Made by a program: the position numbers and the translations under genes. The notes beneath the pieces were generated by a model. That model had not been told where the DNA came from and ran no database searches. It saw nothing but the letters and a program-made list of their open reading frames with translations. DNA of 64,000 nucleotides, from assembly GCA_043797085.1 (NCBI GenBank), contig JAZDQA010000008.1, forward strand, positions 1-64,000. Direction: 5' to 3'. Numbering within the stretch: the first letter of the stretch is position 1; each line of letters opens with the position of its first letter. This DNA is from Pseudomonadota bacterium (GTDB lineage Bacteria; Campylobacterota; Campylobacteria; Campylobacterales; Sulfurimonadaceae). Of this stretch, positions 10,070 to 18,989 are shown in pieces.

Positions 10070-11433
10070 GATTTCAGTTAAAAAAAATCACTGAAAAAGG
10101 GACAATCAGTTCTCTAATAAAAGCCTACGGGTATTCGGCAGCACTTAGCAGCGGTCCTTGGGTTATTTCCATGATTGTTATTTTTATGATTGGATTTATT
10201 AATATTTATTTTTTCCATTCGGGTGATCATGCGGTTAAGTTTCAAGTCATCGTCACCTATGCGTTAATGATGGCATCAAGTTTGATCTTTACCGGATTTT
10301 TACAACTCCCTTTTACCCGTTTTATTGCCGATAGAATATTTGAGGGGAAAGAAAAGCTTGTTCTGCCTAATTTTTTTGGTGTTTTATTTGTTATTTTATC
10401 ATTGGGTTTTTTAGTGGCATTTCCGCTTACAAAATGGTTATTTTTTGACCAAAGTACACTTTTTGTTACCTTGGCAGTAGCGACCTTTTTAGTACTAAGC
10501 TGCGTATGGATTTCAAATATTTTGGCAGTTAGTCTGCGGTTTTATAAATTTGTTATTTTTTCGTATTTCTTAGCTTATATGATTATTCTTGCATTGTCTA
10601 TTTATTTACGAAACTATGGAATCGAAGGACTATTATTCTCTTTCCTTACGGGCAATATTATCCTTTTCTTGTTGATGCTGATGGCAATTATTCGTCATTA
10701 TCCCTCTTCTTATTTTATCCGTTTCGATTTGTTTGATAATCGATATTTTTATTGGACATTGGGTTTTGCAGGATTATTTTACAATTTGGGTGTTTGGGCG
10801 GATAAAATTATTTTTTGGTACCATCCTTCCACCGGGATCAATGTTATTGGTCGTTTGAATGGATCGGTGCTGTATGATATGCCAATTTTCTTGGCATATC
10901 TATCTATTATTCCGGGGATGGCGGTCTTTTTTTATCGTCTTGAGGTGGAATTTGCTGAAAAATACGATTTATACTATTCGGCTGTGAGAATGGGTGGAGT
11001 ATTAGAGCAAATTGAACGGCACAGAAAAGGGATGATGGACGTTGTGAGAACATCCATTCGCGAAATTTTGACGATTCAAGGAGTTTTTAATCTGGCAATT
11101 TTTATGATTTCAGTTCCCCTGTTTGAAGCTTTGAAAATACCGCAACTTTTTTTGCCTCTCTTTTATATTGATTTAATCGGTACTCAGATACAACTGGGAT
11201 TTATGTCTATTTTGGCGTTTTTATTTTATATTGACCGACGTAAAGAGGCAATGATATTGTCTATTATGTTTTTTATTTTAAATATAATTTTCACATTTGT
11301 TTCCATTGAATTAGGTCCTTATTTTTTCGGATATGGATTTGCTGTTTCATTATTGATTGTTTTTATCGGTAGTTTGTATTATTTGAAAAAAGTTTTAGAA
11401 AGGTTGAACTATGAAACATTTATGCTTCAATAA
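10057..11433 (+). CDS. pelG: PelG Pel polysaccharide transporter
   Basis: MAGIGFQL N-terminus, SSGPW motif, multiple TM helices, C-terminal LNYETFMLQ. Confidence 0.93.
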   Translation: MAGIGFQLKKITEKGTISSLIKAYGYSAALSSGPWVISMIVIFMIGFINIYFFHSGDHAVKFQVIVTYALMMASSLIFTGFLQLPFTRFIADRIFEGKEKLVLPNFFGVLFVILSLGFLVAFPLTKWLFFDQSTLFVTLAVATFLVLSCVWISNILAVSLRFYKFVIFSYFLAYMIILALSIYLRNYGIEGLLFSFLTGNIILFLLMLMAIIRHYPSSYFIRFDLFDNRYFYWTLGFAGLFYNLGVWADKIIFWYHPSTGINVIGRLNGSVLYDMPIFLAYLSIIPGMAVFFYRLEVEFAEKYDLYYSAVRMGGVLEQIERHRKGMMDVVRTSIREILTIQGVFNLAIFMISVPLFEALKIPQLFLPLFYIDLIGTQIQLGFMSILAFLFYIDRRKEAMILSIMFFILNIIFTFVSIELGPYFFGYGFAVSLLIVFIGSLYYLKKVLERLNYETFMLQ

Positions 11434-14149
11434 GTGGGTTGTCTCTGTCGTTTATTTTATTTTTCTCGTAACCGGAAGTTTTGCTAAGAGCAACGAACAC
11501 GATGTCGCTTTTTATTATGAAAAATTGCCAAGTGAGACGTTTATGCAACATTTTGATTGGGTAGTTGTCGATCCGGATGTCATTCACCCTTCGATTAAAC
11601 GCTCATTTCAAAAAAAGCTTTTTGCGTATGTAAGCATCGGAGAGATAGAGCCATGGCGCGATTCAAATAAAGGGTATGATCGTCAATGGGTTTTGAAAAA
11701 TAACAAAGCATGGGATTCTCTGATTGTTGATTATACCAATCCGAAATATCAGAATTTTTTGATTAAAAAAATGAAAAATATCCAAGCACAAGGGTACGAT
11801 AATTTTTTTCTTGATACCGCTGATGCACCTTTTGGTGTTATTCTCCCTGCAGAAGAAGAAAAATACAAACAAGGTTTAGCTACGTTGTTAAAAGCCATTC
11901 GCACTGCATTTCCAAAAGCGAAGATCATTGCGAATCGTGGGTTTGAAGCGCAAGAGGCTTTGTGTAAAAATGTCAATGCAGTTGCTGCTGAATCTTTGTA
12001 TCAAGGAATTGATACGGCTAATTTTCACTACAAAGAGGTCTCAGCATCGGATAGAGAATGGATTAGTACGAAACTCAAACATTTTCAAGAGTGTGGGCTT
12101 GAAGCCATCGCCATTGATTATGTGTCACCGAAAAATCAAAAGCTACAACGTGCAACAGCAGATAAAATAGTAAAAGACGGATTTACCCCTTATGTAACCG
12201 ATTATAAACTCAATACTCATGGGGTTGGAAGGCACAAACGTCTTAGTCGTGAAGTATTGATTTTATACGATGCTTCTGAGCTTAAAGAACATGACCCGAT
12301 CTATTCTGCTGCATATCTCCAACTGTCGTTACCGTTGGAATATTTAGGTTTTATTCCCCATTTACATGATATTAGCAAAGGATTGCCGGATTTGACTACG
12401 CAATCTTTTGCCGGAATTATTATTTGGGAAGGTGGGCGTGATGAGAATGCTCTTTTTAATTGGGTTAAAGAGGCTGTCAATCAGAATATCAAGCTTCTTT
12501 TTTTAAATTCTTTTGGATTTGATCTGACTCTAGAGCGCTTGTCATTTTTGGGATTAGCATCGTCTAATACCCAAGCTCAGGCACTTGATCCAATCAAAAT
12601 AGTGCACAGTGATCCCATGGTAGGTTTTGAAATCCAACCTTTTTTGGAAAATAGAGATCCGTTGTTATCGTTACAATCGGGAAAAGCATTGATTGAAGTG
12701 ACAAATAAGCATGGAGAAGTTTTTGTCCCTGCCGCATTGACTCCATGGGGTGGATTTGCTCTGGATCAAAGTTTTTTAGTCTACGCTGGTGATGAGTCTT
12801 ATTGGGCTATGGATCCGGTAAAACTTTTTGCTCAAGCACTTCAACTCTCTTCTATCCCTGTCCCCTCTGCCACTACTGAAAATGGTTCACGTCTCTGGTT
12901 TACCCATATTGATGGTGATGGGATGATCGAACGTACGCGATTTCGATCGGATGAATACGCAGTTGAAACCCTTTATAAAGATATTTTAATGCGTTATCGC
13001 GTTCCCCATTCGATTTCAGTTATTGTCGGTGAAGTTTCTAAAAATGGTGTGGCTCCTGAAATATCCGAGCGTATGGAATCTGCGGTTAAAAAGATTTTTG
13101 CACTTAAGCATGTTGAACCGGCAAGTCATTCACATTCACATCCGTTTAAATGGAAAAAAATTACGGAAGCCGAAAATGATCCGAGCGAATATCATTTAAA
13201 AATAAAAGGGTATGAATTTTCTTTGGACCAAGAGCTACAAGGTAGTTTAGACTACATCAATACTTACTTGACCTCTTCGGATAAAAAAGCTTCAATGCTC
13301 TTTTGGACAGGTGATTGTAATCCGCCGGAGAATGTGTTAGAGTTGGCAGATGAAACAGAAATCTTGACCATTAACGGCGGAGATACGACCATTCAAAAAA
13401 GTACACCATGGCTCTCTTACATTGCACCAATGAGTGTTAAGAAAGACTCTTACCGAAGAATTAATGCGGCTATGCAAAATGAAAATGTTTATACAGGCAA
13501 TTGGATCAGTCCAAAATGGGGATACCGTAAGGTTATTGAAACATTTGAATTAACCAATTCCCCTAGACGCTACAAGCCGATTAATATTTATTACCATTTT
13601 TATTCAGCGTCTCTTACCCCTTCCATTGAGGCATTAAAGAGTGTGTATGATTATGTTTTAAAGCAAAAAACATTGCCTCTGTATGCGTCAGAGTACATTT
13701 ATATTGCAAAAGATTTTTATCGTACATCAATCTCTGAAGTGGAAGATGGATGGCTTATTCGTAATCGCGGGGATCTTAAAACAGTGAGAATTGCAAAAGA
13801 TGCAGGTTATCCTGATTTAGAACGAAGTACGGGAATTATTGGTTTTCAAGACGATGTTGACGGGCGATACGTTCATTTGGATGGGAGTGGAGAATATCGG
13901 TTGTATCTCAGTGACGCTTTGCCAAAGATTCCCTTTTTGATCGAAAGCAATGGTAGAGTCGTTAAAGCTCAAAAACAAAGTGTGACTCTGAAAAGTTATG
14001 TACCGTTGAAAATGAGTTGGTTTGTTCCGTCTTCCTGTGAGATTCAAACAATTTCAGCTCTTGCTTTGAATAAAGAAACAAAAAATACAACGTTAACCTA
14101 TACGACCACATCAGCTGCGGAGGTTACGGTTGCTTACCACTGTCGCTGA
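11411..14149 (+). CDS. pelA: PelA bifunctional glycoside hydrolase / polysaccharide deacetylase
   Basis: Signal peptide; hydrolase motifs AYVSIGE, FFLDT, NRGFE, AAESL; deacetylase motifs HIDGDG, SHSHSHPF, FWTGDC, YYHFYS. Confidence 0.9.
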   Translation: MKHLCFNKWVVSVVYFIFLVTGSFAKSNEHDVAFYYEKLPSETFMQHFDWVVVDPDVIHPSIKRSFQKKLFAYVSIGEIEPWRDSNKGYDRQWVLKNNKAWDSLIVDYTNPKYQNFLIKKMKNIQAQGYDNFFLDTADAPFGVILPAEEEKYKQGLATLLKAIRTAFPKAKIIANRGFEAQEALCKNVNAVAAESLYQGIDTANFHYKEVSASDREWISTKLKHFQECGLEAIAIDYVSPKNQKLQRATADKIVKDGFTPYVTDYKLNTHGVGRHKRLSREVLILYDASELKEHDPIYSAAYLQLSLPLEYLGFIPHLHDISKGLPDLTTQSFAGIIIWEGGRDENALFNWVKEAVNQNIKLLFLNSFGFDLTLERLSFLGLASSNTQAQALDPIKIVHSDPMVGFEIQPFLENRDPLLSLQSGKALIEVTNKHGEVFVPAALTPWGGFALDQSFLVYAGDESYWAMDPVKLFAQALQLSSIPVPSATTENGSRLWFTHIDGDGMIERTRFRSDEYAVETLYKDILMRYRVPHSISVIVGEVSKNGVAPEISERMESAVKKIFALKHVEPASHSHSHPFKWKKITEAENDPSEYHLKIKGYEFSLDQELQGSLDYINTYLTSSDKKASMLFWTGDCNPPENVLELADETEILTINGGDTTIQKSTPWLSYIAPMSVKKDSYRRINAAMQNENVYTGNWISPKWGYRKVIETFELTNSPRRYKPINIYYHFYSASLTPSIEALKSVYDYVLKQKTLPLYASEYIYIAKDFYRTSISEVEDGWLIRNRGDLKTVRIAKDAGYPDLERSTGIIGFQDDVDGRYVHLDGSGEYRLYLSDALPKIPFLIESNGRVVKAQKQSVTLKSYVPLKMSWFVPSSCEIQTISALALNKETKNTTLTYTTTSAAEVTVAYHCR

Positions 14150-15086
14150 GAAGAAAACGACGGTTATCTCAACCTTTGAGATGATTGGGATATTTGTACT
14201 CTTTTGTTCTTTGTTAATCGTATTTTTTCCAAAAGATAAAATTGAGCATCTCGTAACCAAAGAATCATCCAATTATAATCTGAGTGTTCAGTACCTTACG
14301 AATATCATTAATTCTTACCCTAATGATACGCGTGCAAAGTTTATGTTAGTCGAAATTTATTTAAAAATGCACTATTTCGATGAAGCTACTTTGTTGCTCG
14401 AAACATTACCGCAAGCAGATGAGTATAAAAAAAAGTTAAATTCATTGCAATATGATATTGCTAAAGCCCGCTATTTTTCATCAACGCTCGGAAAGAATAA
14501 TGAGGCAGATGTTGTCGCAATGGAAAAAATATTGCGCAATATGATGGTGTTGGCAACGTCTAAAAAGGAATGGGTGTTTTTGCTAGACGAAGCTAAAAGT
14601 ATGAATTTCCAACATTTGAGTGTGACCCTTGAAATAACGATGATAAAAAAGAATTTTTTGACACACCATCAAGCATTAGAAACTTTTGGACGGGCACGGT
14701 TTTTAAAGATGGATAAAGAAGTGAATGAACTTTTGCTTATAGGTCTTAAAGATACTAAAGATGTTGAGTGGATTAAGATCGCAGGGGATTATTATGTTTC
14801 AACAAAAAATTATTCGACTGCTATTTCTATGTATAAAACACTTTTAAGCAGAGACTTGCCTAAAAGTGAGCAAAAGAAAATTTTTGAGAAATTATTAACT
14901 CTTTATATCACTGAAAAAAAGAATGAAGCTGCCATTAAAATGATAGAAGAATATGAGGATATGATTTTAAAAAATGATGATTTGATTAAGAAAACAATTT
15001 CATTTTATCTTGCAAATAACCATTTGGATTTAGCAAAGAAATTTAGTTTGAAAATTTATAAAAACCGTTATCCTTCAGGAATTTAG
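14130..15086 (+). CDS. PelB N-terminal-like protein (TM anchor plus TPRs)
   Basis: TTG start with GGAGG RBS. TM segment followed by LSVQYLTNIINSYPND and TPRs, resembling the N-terminus of canonical PelB. Confidence 0.65.
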   Translation: MLTTVAEKKTTVISTFEMIGIFVLFCSLLIVFFPKDKIEHLVTKESSNYNLSVQYLTNIINSYPNDTRAKFMLVEIYLKMHYFDEATLLLETLPQADEYKKKLNSLQYDIAKARYFSSTLGKNNEADVVAMEKILRNMMVLATSKKEWVFLLDEAKSMNFQHLSVTLEITMIKKNFLTHHQALETFGRARFLKMDKEVNELLLIGLKDTKDVEWIKIAGDYYVSTKNYSTAISMYKTLLSRDLPKSEQKKIFEKLLTLYITEKKNEAAIKMIEEYEDMILKNDDLIKKTISFYLANNHLDLAKKFSLKIYKNRYPSGI

Positions 15087-18000
15087 ATGCGGTTTATTTT
15101 TATTTCAATGATATTTATTGCTACTTTGCTCGCTAAAGATGAGTCATGTTATTCGCTTCAACTCTATTCTTTTTCTGATAAACTGGGAGAAGCAGATACG
15201 ATTGATACATCGATTTATCCTGATGAGTGTAAAGTGATGCATATTAATGATCAATACACGTTGCGATGTGAATGTAAAAATAGTTATAAGGAAGCCCATT
15301 CAATTATTAAGAAATATCATAAATTTGTCAGTGATGCGATTGTCGTTCAAACGTATAAATGGCGTTTTGATATTAATTCAACAGTAGAAGCCTCGATTGT
15401 ATTAGAAGAAAATTTGCCTTCACTACCACTAAAAATAGATAAAAAGTCAAACCTTTCAGAAGATATTTTGCGATTAACTTTGCAGGTTATGCTTTACAGC
15501 GGTGATTTAAAAAATGCTTTAATGATTGTTCAGCAGGGTGTAAATCAGTTTCCAAACAGTTCATGGTGGAATGAACAAGCCGCTCAAATTGCTCTTTGGA
15601 GCGGAAATTCCTCAGATGCGCTAAATTATTATCTTAAATTTTATACACTGACACCAACTTCCAAAACTCGTAAAGATATTCAGGCTCTTGCCGGACAACT
15701 GCAAAATCAAGAGGTATTGATTCAGATGTTGAAAGAAGCGATATGGGTTGGGGAAGAACATAATATTTCTAAACTTGTAAATGCCTATCAAAATAGTGGA
15801 AATTTATCTCAAGGAGCTGAGTTTTTTGGGTCTTTATATACTAAAAATAAAGATAAAAATACTTTAAAGGCAAAGATTGGTTTGCTTCAGCTTGATCGAA
15901 AAACAAGTGAAGCCCAAACGGATTATGATATTTACGTTAAGGCGTATGGATTCGACCAAGAATTGGATATACGATTTGCAACGATAGCTTTTTCGGAAAG
16001 AAAAATAGATTTAGCCTATAACTATCTTCATCGTCACGCTCAAACCATTGCCCATAATCGGGATGACTATTGGCATTTTTATATCGAAATATTATGGTTT
16101 AAAAGATCATTTGATGAGCTTTACACAATTTTGCATGAACGTTATAATGAGCATTTGCTCCGAGCGTTCGATAAGGATCGTTTAGCCCTTCTGTCTCTCT
16201 CTTATGACAAAAAATTTGCATCCGATTTTGCCTTGGAAACCTTCTTGAAAGAACAAAAAACAAGTTCATTTTTTACATTCATCTTTTTAGCTAAGGAGCA
16301 AAAAGCATTTAGTCTGATTGAATCGACTATTGATACTTTGGATGAACAACATCGACTATTGTTAGAAAAAATGGCTGAATTTTGGATTTTAAAGGGAGAG
16401 ATTGCCATTGGGCATCGTTTAGTGGATAAAGCGGATGGATTTTATCAAAAGGCTATTGAAATTAATCCAAATAATACGGCTATTAATGTTACCTATGGAT
16501 GGTTTCTATTGGAACAAAATCGGATTGATTCATTACAAAAATGGCTCAAGAAAATTGAAAAAGAAGAAAAAAGCAACTCGATTGAATATGCATTATTGAG
16601 TGCATCGGCTTATTTGAAAATGCAAAATAGCGATAAAGCAAAAGGATATGTAGAAAAATTGCTCTCTACATATCCCAATGATCCAACTTTATACGTTTTG
16701 TACAGTGATGTTTTGAATCTTTGGAGCGATAAAGAACTCGCTTATAAATATCAGTACCGTGCATGGAAAAATATGAATCGTGCTCTTGATAAAAACCCTT
16801 TAATGGAAAAAAATCCTGAATTTTTAGGGACATATCTCCGACTAGGAATGCAGTTTGAGCCACAAAAATATAAAAAATGGATTCAACGAGCAAAAAAAGG
16901 GTTAAGCAAAGAGGCATATAATAATTTTGTACTCGGTGTAGCCGTCATTGGCTCCAATGATGAAGCCATCGCCTACGCTAAAAAAAGAGTTCAAAAAAAT
17001 GAGCCATGGCTTGAACTGTACATGGCATTTTCTGAAAATGATATTGATAAAATGTCAAAAACTGTTTTATCGCATGCACAAGAACTTCCCATCGCTGACA
17101 GAGTTCAAGCCGCCTATCAAGCCGGAAATCACAATGATGCTTTTTCTTTAGGAATTCAAGGCTTGAATGAAAATCCAAATAATAATGATCTTTATGGGTT
17201 ATTGTACAATTACTGGATGCAAGACTATACGAAACTTCGTTTGGAAACATCTTATATTTATCGATCTCCGTTGATCTATCAAGAGATGGATTTGAGAGTT
17301 AATCATCCATTAATCAAAGGGTATGATTCGCATATAGAATTCCGACATAGGAATCAAAAAAGTGATAATATTGAAAATCTTCCTACTGTTCCATCCCAAG
17401 ATCAGGAAGTTTTGCTCGGGCTGAAAAAAAGAAGTAAATTTGTTGACACAGAGATAGAAATGGGATACCGAAAAAGTTTGCAATCTTTTTGGATGGGACA
17501 AATGAAAGCGGCTTTTCATCTTCCCTCCTACACCTTCAATCTTCAACTTAAGCAACATGCTGATGCGGATGAGAGTGTTTATCTAAGTGTGGGTGGGTAT
17601 AAAAATACTATTGAATTCGATGGAATGCACAGTTTAACCAATACACTTCAACTGGCTGCTTTTATAAAAGAAAACAGTTATTATGGTGCGGATGGAGTAA
17701 AAGCAGGAAGCGGTTGCGAGTATTCGGCAACCATTTCCAAACTGTTGCGCAGTGGGTATCCGGATTTTGGTGTGCACGGTTCTCTGGGGTACTACGGATA
17801 TAATCAGTCCAATAAAATTTTAGGTTCTCTTGAAACCGTTCTTCCCTTAAACGAGACACCCATTTTGCCAAATGACTACACTCAGATGGCATTAGGAATG
17901 TTTTACGGAACCGGAACTCGTGAGTATTTTATAAAACAATGGCGTCCTTACATCACTACGGATATTGCCTACAATACAGAAAATGGATTAGGATATACTA

Positions 18001-18134
18001 TTGTGAGTGGTATCGGGGGGATGCTTTTGAGGGATGATCGACTTTCCCTGGAAGTTAGTTATTCATCCAATATTGGTGTTTTTTCCAATGACTATTACAA
18101 GCTATCCTTTCTCTATTTTTTATACGGATGGTAA
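15087..18134 (+). CDS. pelB: PelB-like TPR / beta-barrel export protein with an N-terminal SPOR-like domain
   Basis: Own signal peptide, long TPR region, C-terminal beta-strand region with PelB-like motifs (ADESVYL, RSGYPDF, WRPY). Confidence 0.8.
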   Translation: MRFIFISMIFIATLLAKDESCYSLQLYSFSDKLGEADTIDTSIYPDECKVMHINDQYTLRCECKNSYKEAHSIIKKYHKFVSDAIVVQTYKWRFDINSTVEASIVLEENLPSLPLKIDKKSNLSEDILRLTLQVMLYSGDLKNALMIVQQGVNQFPNSSWWNEQAAQIALWSGNSSDALNYYLKFYTLTPTSKTRKDIQALAGQLQNQEVLIQMLKEAIWVGEEHNISKLVNAYQNSGNLSQGAEFFGSLYTKNKDKNTLKAKIGLLQLDRKTSEAQTDYDIYVKAYGFDQELDIRFATIAFSERKIDLAYNYLHRHAQTIAHNRDDYWHFYIEILWFKRSFDELYTILHERYNEHLLRAFDKDRLALLSLSYDKKFASDFALETFLKEQKTSSFFTFIFLAKEQKAFSLIESTIDTLDEQHRLLLEKMAEFWILKGEIAIGHRLVDKADGFYQKAIEINPNNTAINVTYGWFLLEQNRIDSLQKWLKKIEKEEKSNSIEYALLSASAYLKMQNSDKAKGYVEKLLSTYPNDPTLYVLYSDVLNLWSDKELAYKYQYRAWKNMNRALDKNPLMEKNPEFLGTYLRLGMQFEPQKYKKWIQRAKKGLSKEAYNNFVLGVAVIGSNDEAIAYAKKRVQKNEPWLELYMAFSENDIDKMSKTVLSHAQELPIADRVQAAYQAGNHNDAFSLGIQGLNENPNNNDLYGLLYNYWMQDYTKLRLETSYIYRSPLIYQEMDLRVNHPLIKGYDSHIEFRHRNQKSDNIENLPTVPSQDQEVLLGLKKRSKFVDTEIEMGYRKSLQSFWMGQMKAAFHLPSYTFNLQLKQHADADESVYLSVGGYKNTIEFDGMHSLTNTLQLAAFIKENSYYGADGVKAGSGCEYSATISKLLRSGYPDFGVHGSLGYYGYNQSNKILGSLETVLPLNETPILPNDYTQMALGMFYGTGTREYFIKQWRPYITTDIAYNTENGLGYTIVSGIGGMLLRDDRLSLEVSYSSNIGVFSNDYYKLSFLYFLYGW

Positions 18135-18173
18135 TGATATATAATATTTTTATCTGATGTTACGCACCTATTA

Positions 18174-18294
18174 CACATTGAGTGATTTTCTTGAAAATTC
18201 AAAAATGCATAAGCTAATGACGTAAAACAAAAGTAGCACTGCCTCTTAACGAATGAAGTTTAGAGTTGAATTTTCAAGAAAATCACTCAATGTG
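18174..18294. repeat. 29-bp perfect inverted repeat around a 63-bp spacer (MITE/REP-like element)
   Basis: CACATTGAGTGATTTTCTTGAAAATTCAA at 18174-18202 and its exact reverse complement at 18266-18294. Confidence 0.85.
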
Positions 18295-18341
18295 CATAAT
18301 GTCAGTTATTGTTTTTTTTAAAAATTCGCTATCATAGCCAC

Positions 18342-18986
18342 ATGAAAAAGTCGTTTACCCTTTTCTTCATAGCAGCGGCAATCGCTGCTACTCTTATAAG
18401 CTCTCCTGAATTTACCATTGCCAAACCTTTTTTAGACAAAATCGAAAAAGAGTACGGTGTTTTTGCTAAACGTCGTGCACTTGCATTGGTGCAAATGATG
18501 AGCAGTGTCAGAGATCAAGAAGAGATGGAAAAAATGGAAAAAGTGAATGATTTTTTCAATCAAACTCCGTATGCATCCGATCAAGCTACGTATGGACAAA
18601 GCGATTATTGGGCGACTCGATTGGAGTTTATCGGTCGTGATAAAGCGGATTGTGAGGACTATGTCATCGCAAAATATTTCACCCTCAAAGAGTTGGGTGT
18701 TTCACCCAAAAAACTCTATATGACCTACGCGAAATCATTGAAGTTCAAAACGGCTCATTTGGTTTTAACGTATTACGAAACTCCACGATCAATTCCATTG
18801 GTTTTGGATAATTACAATTTTAAAATTCTTCCTGCATCCCAGCGTGACGATTTGATTCCGATTTACAGTTTTAGCGGTGATGAACTTTTTTCTGCCAAAC
18901 AAGCACAAATCGGAAAACTCGTCCCCGCATCCAGTGCACAAAAACGTCCATGGAACGAACTTATCATCACCCAACAAAAGGAATAA
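18342..18986 (+). CDS. lapG: LapG-like periplasmic transglutaminase-like cysteine protease (BTLCP/C93)
   Basis: Signal peptide, VNDFFN, DYWAT, and catalytic triad motifs DCEDY / AHLVL / VLDN; adjacent to lapD. Confidence 0.9.
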   Translation: MKKSFTLFFIAAAIAATLISSPEFTIAKPFLDKIEKEYGVFAKRRALALVQMMSSVRDQEEMEKMEKVNDFFNQTPYASDQATYGQSDYWATRLEFIGRDKADCEDYVIAKYFTLKELGVSPKKLYMTYAKSLKFKTAHLVLTYYETPRSIPLVLDNYNFKILPASQRDDLIPIYSFSGDELFSAKQAQIGKLVPASSAQKRPWNELIITQQKE

Positions 18987-18989
18987 AAC

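Noticed and set aside
15084..15089. Programmed stop-codon readthrough joining the two PelB halves (in-frame TAG-ATG)
   Set aside because: The second ORF has its own RBS and signal peptide, which would be misplaced in a fusion. Independent translation is more parsimonious, although readthrough is not formally excluded.
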